Virus record (IMG/VR): IMGVR_UViG_3300022747_000014
Reading direction: 5' to 3' (one strand)
Length of the DNA: 34,323 bases
Origin: a virus
Taxonomy: Duplodnaviria > Heunggongvirae > Uroviricota > Caudoviricetes
Numbering within the stretch: position 1 is the first letter of the stretch; each line of letters starts with the position of its first letter. A model generated the notes under the pieces. It saw nothing but the letters and a program-made list of their open reading frames with translations. It was not told where the DNA came from and did no database searches. This document shows, piece after piece, positions 19,293 through 27,562 of this stretch. The position numbers were made by a program, and so were the translations under genes.

Positions 19293-19981
19293 CACAGTAT
19301 TCACAACAGGTAGAGGTTACAGAAACTAATAAAATAGTTTCTATAAAGCGTAAAGAGTTTCCTACGCCTGTTGTGTCTATACAGTGGTTCATTGGTATCC
19401 GATGCCAATACGATTGCCAGTATTGTAGCCCCGAATGGCATAATACTACTGCACCGCATTGGACATTAGATCAATTGAAACTAGCATGGAATAATTTATG
19501 CAAGGCAAATGAATATCGCCCTGGTACTCAATTTTCTATTGCAATAAGTGGCGGTGAGCCAACTATGAATCCAGATTTAATGCCGTGGATTCAGTGGATT
19601 CGTGAACAACATAACAACAAGATAAGATATCTAAGTGTTGCAAGCAATGCTACACAGACCGTAGAGTACTACAAACAGCTATCACAGTACGTCTCGTTGA
19701 TAGACTTTGGTATACATAGTGAATACGTTGCCGAAAAGAGATTTTTCAAACTAGTAGAAGAAGTGCATGCTCACTCAAAAGCCAATGGACTGGCACAGGT
19801 ACGAGTACTAATACCCGATGAGTATTGGCACAGGGAACGTACAAGTCAGTATGTAGAATACTTGACTAAAAAAGGAATCAATAATAAATTACTTGCCTTG
19901 CATGATTTTAATCCTGGTAAACAACCTAGAACAATAAAGATACACAATAGGATGAACTTCGATGATACAGCTAAATCATGA
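19289..19981 (+). CDS. radical SAM protein (core domain only), paralog A
   Basis: CxxxCxxC (RCQYDCQYC), SGGEP, SN motif; no C-terminal Cys cluster. Confidence 0.88.
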   Translation: MTQYSQQVEVTETNKIVSIKRKEFPTPVVSIQWFIGIRCQYDCQYCSPEWHNTTAPHWTLDQLKLAWNNLCKANEYRPGTQFSIAISGGEPTMNPDLMPWIQWIREQHNNKIRYLSVASNATQTVEYYKQLSQYVSLIDFGIHSEYVAEKRFFKLVEEVHAHSKANGLAQVRVLIPDEYWHRERTSQYVEYLTKKGINNKLLALHDFNPGKQPRTIKIHNRMNFDDTAKS

Positions 19982-20291
19982 TCCAAGCAGAAACCATGAG
20001 TGTGAAGTTACATTTACCAATGGTGAAAAACTTTTATTAAATACGTCCCAACTTGCTCCGCATAGAGAGCTATGGACATTTCCTGACTGGCAGTGCAATG
20101 CCGGCACAGACCTGTTGATGATTTCGGGGGACATGACTGTCTACTCCTGTAACTCAAAAAATGACAAAATGGGTAACCTATTAGACCCAAACTTCTCAAT
20201 GTTGGAAGTCCCTACCCGTTGTAAACGCATTGAGTGCCAGCCTAAGAATATGGACATGTGCTGCACTAAAAGTAATCCTGGGCTAAAATAA
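19962..20291 (+). CDS. stand-alone SPASM/twitch-like Fe-S domain, paralog A
   Basis: WQCNAG...I.GD..VYSC...MGN....C....C pattern; overlaps the radical SAM stop by 20 nt. Confidence 0.7.
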   Translation: MIQLNHDPSRNHECEVTFTNGEKLLLNTSQLAPHRELWTFPDWQCNAGTDLLMISGDMTVYSCNSKNDKMGNLLDPNFSMLEVPTRCKRIECQPKNMDMCCTKSNPGLK

Positions 20292-20914
20292 TGGAAAAGA
20301 TTATATCTGTTGCTCCAACTGAGCAATACTTTTCGTTGTCCTGGAAAATAGGAGTTAGGTGTAATTATGATTGTATGTATTGTCCTCCCGAGTGGCACAA
20401 CGACAATAGCAAACATCACGACCTTAGTGCCCTAAAGGCTGCATGGATTAATATACATGAAAAAACACAGCACTTGGGATTACCATACAAGATAAGTTTC
20501 ACTGGCGGCGAGCCGACTAGCAGCAAAAGTTTTTTACCTTTTATTAGTTGGCTAAGAGAAAATTACAGCAATAGCATATATCGGTTATTAGTAACAAGCA
20601 ATGGCAGTGCAACTACTAAGTACTATACTAGATTGTTGCAACAAGGAATTGATAACCTGTCATTGAGTATTCATAGTGAACACATCAATGAAGCTAAATT
20701 CTTTGAAACTGTTATTACGTTAAAAGAAAATCTGTTGCCTGGAAAATTTTTACATGTAAATATCATGAATGAGTTTTGGAACCAAGACCGTATAGTCAAG
20801 TACAAAGCAATACTAGATGAGCATGCTATAAGTTACAACATTAACGAGATTGACTATTCGCACCAAACAAGAGTCTATCCAATTTTTAAAGGAAAACTAA
20901 ATCTTGCAATTTGA
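20291..20914 (+). CDS. radical SAM protein (core domain only), paralog B
   Basis: RCNYDCMYCPPEWH, TGGEP, TSNG; clearly paralogous to 19289..19981. Confidence 0.88.
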   Translation: MEKIISVAPTEQYFSLSWKIGVRCNYDCMYCPPEWHNDNSKHHDLSALKAAWINIHEKTQHLGLPYKISFTGGEPTSSKSFLPFISWLRENYSNSIYRLLVTSNGSATTKYYTRLLQQGIDNLSLSIHSEHINEAKFFETVITLKENLLPGKFLHVNIMNEFWNQDRIVKYKAILDEHAISYNINEIDYSHQTRVYPIFKGKLNLAI

Positions 20915-21212
20915 AGACCATCAGTATTATAATTGTGAAATTACTACAACTAGTGGAAATAAATATCGAGTTAACGCTAATTGGATACACAACGAATCAC
21001 TAGACAATTGGCAGGGCTGGCAATGTGCAGCCGGACAGCATCGATTATTCATGGACGAAAGTTTCAACATGTATAGCGGTGAATGTTTAAATGACGCATT
21101 AGGTAATGCAATAACAGGGTGGACATTATTTGATAAACCAACTGTTTGTAAACAAAATAGATGTACAGGATGTACAGATGATATCATTCAACATAAAAAG
21201 GAATCCACGTGA
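20904..21212 (+). CDS. stand-alone SPASM/twitch-like Fe-S domain, paralog B
   Basis: WQCAAG..LFMD...YSGEC...LGN...C...CTGC..D; TTG start with AAGGA SD; 11-nt overlap. Confidence 0.7.
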   Translation: MQFEDHQYYNCEITTTSGNKYRVNANWIHNESLDNWQGWQCAAGQHRLFMDESFNMYSGECLNDALGNAITGWTLFDKPTVCKQNRCTGCTDDIIQHKKEST

Positions 21213-21439
21213 GTATTGAAGTAGAAGTATTAAGTGAAGTTTACACAACTCTCAAACAATATATCCCGCAAAAAGATAGACAAGAAGCAGCAGACAATCT
21301 TATGGGACTATTGGTCGACATGCTGAACGATCTAGATCTTAGGGAGTTTGGAACAACAGACAGCGCATTGAAACGTGCATTGGCAGAATATGTCAGTGAC
21401 GACGAAGAAGATACTGACTATAACGACTACGAGGAATGA
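21209..21439 (+). CDS. small acidic hypothetical protein
   Basis: 76 aa, coupled at both ends by 4-nt overlaps, acidic tail. Confidence 0.75.
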   Translation: MSIEVEVLSEVYTTLKQYIPQKDRQEAADNLMGLLVDMLNDLDLREFGTTDSALKRALAEYVSDDEEDTDYNDYEE

Positions 21440-22665
21440 ACAAGTATTTTCCAATTAATACCGAAACAGCCTGTCCTTTAAAATGGAATTGGAGTACATT
21501 GTATTTGTACTCTGGACAGACTGCTTCGTGCCACCGTACCGGGTGGGGCAATATTACGTTGGAAAATTTTGATTCATTTCATAATACAGACAAGAAAATA
21601 CAAGAACGCCAGCAGATGCTCAATGGCCACTGGCCAACTGAAAGCTGTGCCTATTGTAAAGGTGTTGAGGACGTTGGCGGGACAAGTGATAGAATGTTTC
21701 ACTTAAAAATACCAAATCAAGTACCGGTTGAGCTAGATCTAACTCCCAATGCCACGTCAGTGACACCAACTACGTTAGAAGTCTACTTTAACAATACCTG
21801 TAACCTGAGCTGTGTTTACTGTGTCCCGGACCTGAGTTCCAAGATAAATCAAGAATACAAAAAATTTGGAGACTTTGATTGCAACGGAGTTAAGCTCTCT
21901 GCTGTTGCAGTTGCACCTGACCGCCGAGCCACAGTTGATAAGTTTTGGCAATGGATGGAGAAGAATTCATCTAAACTCAAACGATTGAATGTATTAGGCG
22001 GCGAACCGTTTTATCAGTCTGAATTTGATGAATGTTTTAACTTCTTTGATACAAAAGCACATCCAGATCTTGAGTGGGGCATTGTTACAAATTTAATGGT
22101 AAGCGAAGAGACATTAGAGTCGTATATCAATAAGTTTAAGAAATTGTTAGCAACAAAAAAACTTAAACGAATTGACATCACTTGCAGCATAGATTGTTTT
22201 GGACTGGAACAAGAATATGTACGACACGGACTAAAGCTAAGTACATGGAAGAAGAATTTTGAACGCTTGCTCAAAGAAAAATGGTTAACGATTAATATCA
22301 ACCAAACTATTACGGTGCTAACTATTAAAACCATGCCAGACTTGTTAGAGTATATTAATCAATGCAGACAGCAACGATCTATCGGTCATTACTTTTCTGT
22401 AGCAACACCGCAGCCCACTTACCTAGTTCCGTCAATAATGGGTAATATATTTGAACAAGATTTTGAAAAGATTTTACAGTTAATGCCAGACTCAATAAAC
22501 AAAGAGCACATGGAAGGTATAGCAAAAGAATCTATACAAGCTACTATCAACAGTAGCGAACTGTTAAAATTAAAAACATTCTTAGATGAGAACGATCGTC
22601 GTCGCAACACTAATTGGAAAACAACATTTCCATGGCTAGATAAGGAATTATTGAATGTGGTATAA
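21436..22665 (+). CDS. radical SAM protein with N-terminal twitch-like domain
   Basis: N-term CPLKW...SCH..C.YC; core NTCNLSCVYC, LGGEPF, VTN, SID motifs. Confidence 0.88.
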   Translation: MNKYFPINTETACPLKWNWSTLYLYSGQTASCHRTGWGNITLENFDSFHNTDKKIQERQQMLNGHWPTESCAYCKGVEDVGGTSDRMFHLKIPNQVPVELDLTPNATSVTPTTLEVYFNNTCNLSCVYCVPDLSSKINQEYKKFGDFDCNGVKLSAVAVAPDRRATVDKFWQWMEKNSSKLKRLNVLGGEPFYQSEFDECFNFFDTKAHPDLEWGIVTNLMVSEETLESYINKFKKLLATKKLKRIDITCSIDCFGLEQEYVRHGLKLSTWKKNFERLLKEKWLTININQTITVLTIKTMPDLLEYINQCRQQRSIGHYFSVATPQPTYLVPSIMGNIFEQDFEKILQLMPDSINKEHMEGIAKESIQATINSSELLKLKTFLDENDRRRNTNWKTTFPWLDKELLNVV

Positions 22666-23110
22666 CAAAGTAGTATCAGATTTATCAAACATACCAGCGT
22701 TCATTGTGTACTTTGACAACGAACTAAAGATAGCTAAGAACGAAATTTCCATTAAAGGGAACGTAGAAAAAAGTTTAGCTAACTTACCGGGTATTACAGA
22801 ACATAGATTCAATCAATTACAAGAGATTGAAGCAATTCTAAATTACCTTAATATACAGTTACGCAAGATTCGGCAGAAGCATTACAAAAAGTATCTAGAA
22901 GGTTATGCTAGGGCATTGACTAGTAGGGATGCTGAAAAATATGCAGAAGCAGAAGATGAAGTAGTTGATTTTGAAACTATCATTAACGAAGTGGCCCTGC
23001 TCCGAAACAAATGGCTAGGAGTAATGAAGGGTCTAGAAAGCAAAAACTTCATGGTAGGTCACGTTGTTAGATTAAGAACAGCGGGAATGGAAGACATTAC
23101 AGTATCATGA
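22655..23110 (+). CDS. uvsY: recombination mediator UvsY
   Basis: KKYLEGYARALTSRDAEKY, RNKWLGVMKGLESK pattern; gp32/uvsX context. Confidence 0.85.
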   Translation: MWYNKVVSDLSNIPAFIVYFDNELKIAKNEISIKGNVEKSLANLPGITEHRFNQLQEIEAILNYLNIQLRKIRQKHYKKYLEGYARALTSRDAEKYAEAEDEVVDFETIINEVALLRNKWLGVMKGLESKNFMVGHVVRLRTAGMEDITVS

Positions 23111-23355
23111 ACGTAAGAGACCGCGCCGTTGAAGTATTAAACGAATTTTATTTGTGTTATAAGTCTAAGCCAAGACATAATGCAATTAGCTTGCAACTTG
23201 AAAAAGATTCGTGCGAAGTATGTGCAGGACAGTTAAACAATCTTCTTGCGTGGGGCAACGATGAACAGATCGCAGAAGCATGTAATGAACTTGAGCCTCG
23301 GTTAAAGTCTTTAAAAGAAAAAATAATTATAGAAGTATTACGGCATGGTGTTTAA
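23107..23355 (+). CDS. hypothetical protein
   Basis: 82 aa, overlaps neighbours at both ends. Confidence 0.65.
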   Translation: MNVRDRAVEVLNEFYLCYKSKPRHNAISLQLEKDSCEVCAGQLNNLLAWGNDEQIAEACNELEPRLKSLKEKIIIEVLRHGV

Positions 23356-24100
23356 GAATGCATACGAAAGTCATAATCATAGTTTAGAAGTTCTAAACTT
23401 GCTCTATGGATATGACAGTTTTTTGGATAGTTTAGAGTACGTGGCTGATATGGGCTGCGGCGCAGGCCACGACTCTCGTTGGTGGGCAACATTAATGACA
23501 CGCGACGATCCACCTGAGCCACACAACTATAGAGTCTATGCAGTTGACACTAACTTGTCGCAGTTTGAACCAGACATCAAAGCAAACAATCCAAACATCA
23601 CATTACTTGAAGGTAACTTTGAAAAATATGGTGTAGTCCCAAGAAAAGTGGACTTCATATGGGCGCACGACTCATTGCAGTTTGCGGAAGATCCGGTGTT
23701 GTGCTTAAATGCATGGCGCAGGACTTTAAACAAAGATGGCATGCTGTGTTTAACTGTGCCACAAACTACCTACTACTATAACAGTAAATTAGTAATTACG
23801 CATTATAGCAAGCAAACATATAGCTTCAACATACTTAATTTAATCTACATGTTGGCCATTAACGGATTTGACTGCAACGATGCTTACTTTTATCGTAAAG
23901 AAAACAGTCCCTGGTTGTATGCCGCGGTCTATGCTGCGGATATGGATCCATTGCCAAGAAACACCAGCTGGTATGAACTAGTTGAACGCAACCTAGTTAA
24001 CGATAGTATTGTTGACAGTGTTAACAGACATGGATATGCTAGATTGGAAGATCTGGTTGTAAAATGGTTAGATAAAAACTTTTATAAGATTACAAATTGA
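23345..24100 (+). CDS. class I SAM-dependent methyltransferase
   Basis: VADMGCGAG motif I, AVD motif II, DFIWAHDSL..AEDP..L..W.R.L..DG.L. Confidence 0.85.
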   Translation: MVFKNAYESHNHSLEVLNLLYGYDSFLDSLEYVADMGCGAGHDSRWWATLMTRDDPPEPHNYRVYAVDTNLSQFEPDIKANNPNITLLEGNFEKYGVVPRKVDFIWAHDSLQFAEDPVLCLNAWRRTLNKDGMLCLTVPQTTYYYNSKLVITHYSKQTYSFNILNLIYMLAINGFDCNDAYFYRKENSPWLYAAVYAADMDPLPRNTSWYELVERNLVNDSIVDSVNRHGYARLEDLVVKWLDKNFYKITN

Positions 24101-24855
24101 TGAAAATAGTAATAGCAACAGGTGGATTCGATCCTATACATAGTGGGCACATTGAATACCTTAAAGCAGCAAAGCAACTAGGTGATACATTAATTGTTGG
24201 GTTAAACAGTGATGCATGGCTAGAGCGTAAAAAAGGCGCGGCGTTTATGCCATGGGCTGAACGCTATGCAGTTGTGAGTAAAATCAAGTATGTTAATCAG
24301 GTACGTTACTGGGACGACAGCGACGGGTCGGCTATCAAGCTGCTTGAAGATCTCAAACAAGGTTTCCCTTACGCTGAGATTGTGTTTGCCAACGGCGGCG
24401 ACCGTAACCAAGACAACATACCAGAAATGGTAGTCAGTGGCGTTGAATTTGTATTTGGGGTTGGTGGCGAAAACAAAGCCAACAGCTCAAGCTGGATCCT
24501 GCAAGAGTGGAAAGCACCCAAGACTCAACGCCCGTGGGGTGAATATCGCGTTTTATATCAACAACCCGGCACTAAAGTAAAAGAGCTTACAGTAGAGCCA
24601 GGGCAAAGTTTAAGCCTCCAAAGACACGATTATCGTGCAGAATATTGGCATATTGTGTCAGGAAAGTGCATTGTAGACCAGCAATTGGCCACTGGCTATC
24701 AATTGCCCTCTCGTACATTGCAACAGCACGATCAAATATTAATACCCACAAGAGAATGGCATAAGCTGTATAATCCATTCAGCGAACCTTGCAAAATTGT
24801 AGAAATACAGTTTGGTAGACAAACGGACGAAATGGATATCGAGCGCAAGGATTGA
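24100..24855 (+). CDS. cytidylyltransferase-family nucleotidyltransferase fused to mannose-6-P-isomerase-type cupin
   Basis: GGFDPIHSGH (HIGH), GLNSD, FANGGDR, NSSS; then RPWG.Y, LSLQRH..RAEYW, H.L.NP, IVEIQFG. Confidence 0.9.
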   Translation: MKIVIATGGFDPIHSGHIEYLKAAKQLGDTLIVGLNSDAWLERKKGAAFMPWAERYAVVSKIKYVNQVRYWDDSDGSAIKLLEDLKQGFPYAEIVFANGGDRNQDNIPEMVVSGVEFVFGVGGENKANSSSWILQEWKAPKTQRPWGEYRVLYQQPGTKVKELTVEPGQSLSLQRHDYRAEYWHIVSGKCIVDQQLATGYQLPSRTLQQHDQILIPTREWHKLYNPFSEPCKIVEIQFGRQTDEMDIERKD

Positions 24856-24880
24856 CAGATAAATACTTTTATCTTACAAT
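24852..24880 (+). promoter_or_regulatory. sigma70 promoter with nested late TAAATA
   Basis: TTGACA-17-TACAAT; TAAATA at 24860-24865; immediately upstream of tRNAs. Confidence 0.8.
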
Positions 24881-24891
24881 AGCGGCTTGAT

Positions 24892-24968
24892 GGGCTTGTA
24901 GCTCAGTTGGTCAGAGCAGGCGACTCATAATCGCTTGGTCAACGGTTCAAGTCCGTTCGAGCCCACCA
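24892..24968 (+). tRNA. tRNA-Ile2 (CAU, lysidine type)
   Basis: Cloverleaf with CCA; anticodon arm GGCGACTCATAATCGCT matches the bacterial ileX pattern. Confidence 0.85.
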
Positions 24969-24973
24969 TCAAT

Positions 24974-25058
24974 GCGGATGTGGCGAAATTGGTAGACGCA
25001 CCAGATTTAGGTTCTGGCGTAGAAATACGTGGGGGTTCGAGTCCCTTCATCCGCACCA
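24974..25058 (+). tRNA. tRNA-Leu (UAG)
   Basis: CCAGA-TTTAGGT-TCTGG, long variable arm, CCA. Confidence 0.93.
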
Positions 25059-25064
25059 TACATT

Positions 25065-26177
25065 ATGATTAACTTTCTAATACGGTCTCAATTGGGGCCA
25101 AGTTCTGCAAGAAACCAACTACTTACAACAGTACTTGAACTGTATAACATTCCATATAAGATTGTTTCCAGTCCAGATGACATCAACGGTGGTGCAGTAA
25201 TTACTGATGCTTTTGTAGAAGAAGTTCCGAGCAATGATGGAGAGTATTGTAAGTTGATCATTGATCGTTGTGCTGCATTAAGCATTCCGATTATTTTTTA
25301 CTATCCTAGCGAATGCGAAAGCACCTTTAGCAGCAGTTACTATCCCACTAGAGATTATGTTGCAGGGCGCATTCCTATACACTTAGTAAAGCAAGGCAAT
25401 AGAACTGTAGACGGATTTGTTGAGCATAACCTAGACAAATATTTTGTTTATAGATTGCTAACAGAGTTTAATCGTGCAAGATTGGCCTACACAGCAGACG
25501 GTGTTGACTTGCATAACAAGTCGCATAAGTTTTTGTTCTTAAACGGAACCAGCAGAATGAATCGCGAAGCTATGTTTGATAGCTTGCGTGAATTGGATTT
25601 GTTAAAGTACAGCATTCACAGTTTCATTGACTACAGAATTCCGGACGGGCATAGACCTTACAATATTAAACCTGTAGTGGATTGGCCCGATGCAAACTTA
25701 CACGAGGACTTTAGATTTGAAAACTTTTATCCTCTGCACTTTTGGAATACAGAATTTACACTTGCTTTAGAAACTGCACCAAACGAAGTGTTTGTTACAG
25801 AAAAGACATTTAAGCCTTTGCTAGTAGGGCATCCATTTCTAGCAATAGGCGGTAGATTCCAGCTTCGGCACCTGCATGCATTGGGATTTAAAACATTTGA
25901 TAACGTAGTAGATGAATCCTACGACAACGCTGAGTACCCGTTAGAACGGCAGCGGCTAGTCATAAAAGAACTACAGCGTATCTGCAATGACAACATCAAC
26001 TTGTTGGACAAAACTTACGATATACGTATGCACAACAGAATGGTAATGTACAAGTTAGGAGAACAAGTTTACTATGATTTGTACAATATCCTAATCACTG
26101 CATTGCCCCAGTATGCTAATTTAGACTACGTTAACTTGCCTGATCTAACAGTGGAACAATTTAAAAAATACGTATGA
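25065..26177 (+). CDS. hypothetical protein, possibly glycosyltransferase-like
   Basis: Start reassigned to ATG 25065 after the tRNA; FLFLNG..R..R, LETA..FVTEKTFKP...HPF, LGFKTF..DESYD motifs; function is inferred. Confidence 0.6.
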   Translation: MINFLIRSQLGPSSARNQLLTTVLELYNIPYKIVSSPDDINGGAVITDAFVEEVPSNDGEYCKLIIDRCAALSIPIIFYYPSECESTFSSSYYPTRDYVAGRIPIHLVKQGNRTVDGFVEHNLDKYFVYRLLTEFNRARLAYTADGVDLHNKSHKFLFLNGTSRMNREAMFDSLRELDLLKYSIHSFIDYRIPDGHRPYNIKPVVDWPDANLHEDFRFENFYPLHFWNTEFTLALETAPNEVFVTEKTFKPLLVGHPFLAIGGRFQLRHLHALGFKTFDNVVDESYDNAEYPLERQRLVIKELQRICNDNINLLDKTYDIRMHNRMVMYKLGEQVYYDLYNILITALPQYANLDYVNLPDLTVEQFKKYV

Positions 26178-26557
26178 ACATAACTTTTCCTGTAGTCGAA
26201 TTGCTAGATAGGTTAGTAATAGCCAAAATAAAAGTTGACAAAGGTCTAGACAGTCAGCTAGAATACACTTATTACGCAGAGCAAGCTAAACAGTTTAATC
26301 TAATTAGTGTACAATGCTTACTTGAAGAGCTTGAAAAAACGCATTTAGCGATTTGGGCACTGGAAAGTAAACTACGCCAAGGACTTGAAGAACAGTTGGG
26401 TTACGAAGAAATTGGACGCAGGGCAGTTGAGATTAGGAACTTTAATAACACTCGTGTTACAATAAAGAACAGGTTAGCTGAACAGCTAAACGATCCGATT
26501 CGGGAGATAAAACATGATCACCTTTCGGTTTCGCGCAGTTCTAAAGATGAAAGATAA
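26174..26557 (+). CDS. DUF6165-like helical protein
   Basis: ELLDRL.I.KIK ... IWALE ... N..R..IK pattern recalled for DUF6165. Confidence 0.6.
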   Translation: MNITFPVVELLDRLVIAKIKVDKGLDSQLEYTYYAEQAKQFNLISVQCLLEELEKTHLAIWALESKLRQGLEEQLGYEEIGRRAVEIRNFNNTRVTIKNRLAEQLNDPIREIKHDHLSVSRSSKDER

Positions 26558-26560
26558 ATA
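26555..26560 (+). promoter_or_regulatory. late promoter core TAAATA
   Basis: TAAATA-TTTGT-ATG(26566), opening a 13-codon ORF (MKTFTIKRIRISY) ahead of a tRNA. Confidence 0.55.
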
Positions 26561-26612
26561 TTTGTATGAAGACTTTTACTATTAAACGAATACGTATATC
26601 CTACTAATTAGT

Positions 26613-26704
26613 GGGAGTGTAGTTTAACGGTAAAACGGCGGATTTATATCCCGTAAGCAACAGATAATTGGTTCATTCGAGTTCGAGTCTCGGCGCTCCT
26701 ACCA
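26613..26704 (+). tRNA. atypical tRNA, anticodon UAU (Ile?), long variable region
   Basis: 7-bp acceptor GGGAGTG/CGCTCCT, D arm GTTT/AAAC, loop TTTATAT, 22-nt variable region, T arm TCGAG-TTCGAGT-CTCGG, ACCA. Confidence 0.7.
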
Positions 26705-26745
26705 AAAAACGGAAAAACAAAAAGATAAATAAATAAACAAAGTAG

Positions 26746-26774
26746 TTGACAACAATAGGTAAATAAACTACAAT
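26746..26774 (+). promoter_or_regulatory. sigma70 promoter with nested late TAAATA driving leader ORF and tRNA operon
   Basis: TTGACA-17-TACAAT; TAAATA at 26760-26765 and 26726-26731. Confidence 0.8.
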
Positions 26775-26781
26775 AGGAAAC

Positions 26782-26934
26782 ATGATGCAAACAACTTTTA
26801 ATCATTCGTTAAAACAAAAACAGTCCGGATTAGGCATGTCAGCCTATTGGTCTTTGTTTGCGAATACGTTTAATAGTAGTGATCGCACACCGGAGATTAG
26901 AATTGGGGTTCGAGAGGGAGATGGTTACGCATAA
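26782..26934 (+). CDS. putative leader peptide, 50 aa
   Basis: AGGAAA SD; MMQTTFNHSLKQKQSGLGMSAYWSLFANTFNSSDRTPEIRIGVREGDGYA; lies between promoter and terminator. Confidence 0.6.
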   Translation: MMQTTFNHSLKQKQSGLGMSAYWSLFANTFNSSDRTPEIRIGVREGDGYA

Positions 26935-26956
26935 CTTGCAGTAACTTACAAACTTA

Positions 26957-26992
26957 AGAACCCTGGATTAAACACCCAGGGTTTTTTATTTT
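26957..26992 (+). terminator. intrinsic terminator / putative attenuator
   Basis: AACCCTGG-ATTAAACAC-CCAGGGTT plus TTTTATTTT, 24 nt after the leader stop; the 5' arm can alternatively pair with 26903-26911. Confidence 0.8.
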
Positions 26993-27004
26993 GTAAAAGG
27001 AATT

Positions 27005-27163
27005 ATGAAGAAAATTGATTTAGTAAAACGTATGCGTGAGGTAAGGTTCGTTACAGAGAATGTACTAACCCCAGAACAACGTAAACAGTTGATTCAGGAA
27101 AAGTTAGATCGTGCTCATGTTGAATTTAACAAGCGCAAACAACTAAACCAGAATCACGCATAA
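27005..27163 (+). CDS. small basic hypothetical protein, 52 aa
   Basis: AAGGAA SD; MKKIDLVKRMREVRFVTENVLTPEQRKQLIQEKLDRAHVEFNKRKQLNQNHA. Confidence 0.65.
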   Translation: MKKIDLVKRMREVRFVTENVLTPEQRKQLIQEKLDRAHVEFNKRKQLNQNHA

Positions 27164-27169
27164 TTTAAC

Positions 27170-27480
27170 AGTGTTAACATAAGTGCTATATGCCCAGGGA
27201 ACGAGGCCCTGAAAGAACACTATAATAAACTTTAAACGGGCGGACAGTTGGATGAAATGCTGGCGGTAACAGCAGAGTACAAATAACTGGTTAGGGCATT
27301 GACCCTAACATATCCTGTAGCAATACAGGGTATTCACAAACGAACTAGACGAATCAATTATATTAATACCATTGGCAGCGACCCACTAGTTTGTTTATGA
27401 ATACCTTAAGGATGACGATGAAACTATCCTTTTGACGGGTAGTTTGTCCGGACCAGTGTGCCGGAAACCTTAAGGGATGT
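27170..27480 (+). ncRNA. candidate structured ncRNA (~310 nt)
   Basis: No ORF; at least eight helices, including a GCAA-capped 9-bp stem (27311-27332) and a 3-way junction closed by CCTTAAGG/CCTTAAGG (27404-27475). Confidence 0.6.
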
Positions 27481-27484
27481 ATTT

Positions 27485-27560
27485 GGAAATATAGCTCAGT
27501 CGGTAGAGCAGCAGCTTCATACGTTGACGGTCAGAGGTTCAACCCCTCTTATTTCCACCA
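27485..27560 (+). tRNA. tRNA-Met (CAU, elongator type)
   Basis: GGAAATA/TATTTCC acceptor, loop TTCATAC, CCA. Confidence 0.85.
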
Positions 27561-27562
27561 AG

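Noticed and set aside
26635-26655. Ochre suppressor (UUA anticodon) or stop-codon recoding
   Set aside because: The best stem register centres UAU, not UUA. No CUA/UCA/UUA tRNA was found, and core genes are full length in code 11.
27404-27475. Hammerhead ribozyme (three-way junction with GAAAC and ATGA)
   Set aside because: No CUGANGA immediately 5' of the stem preceding GAAA; the order of core elements does not fit.
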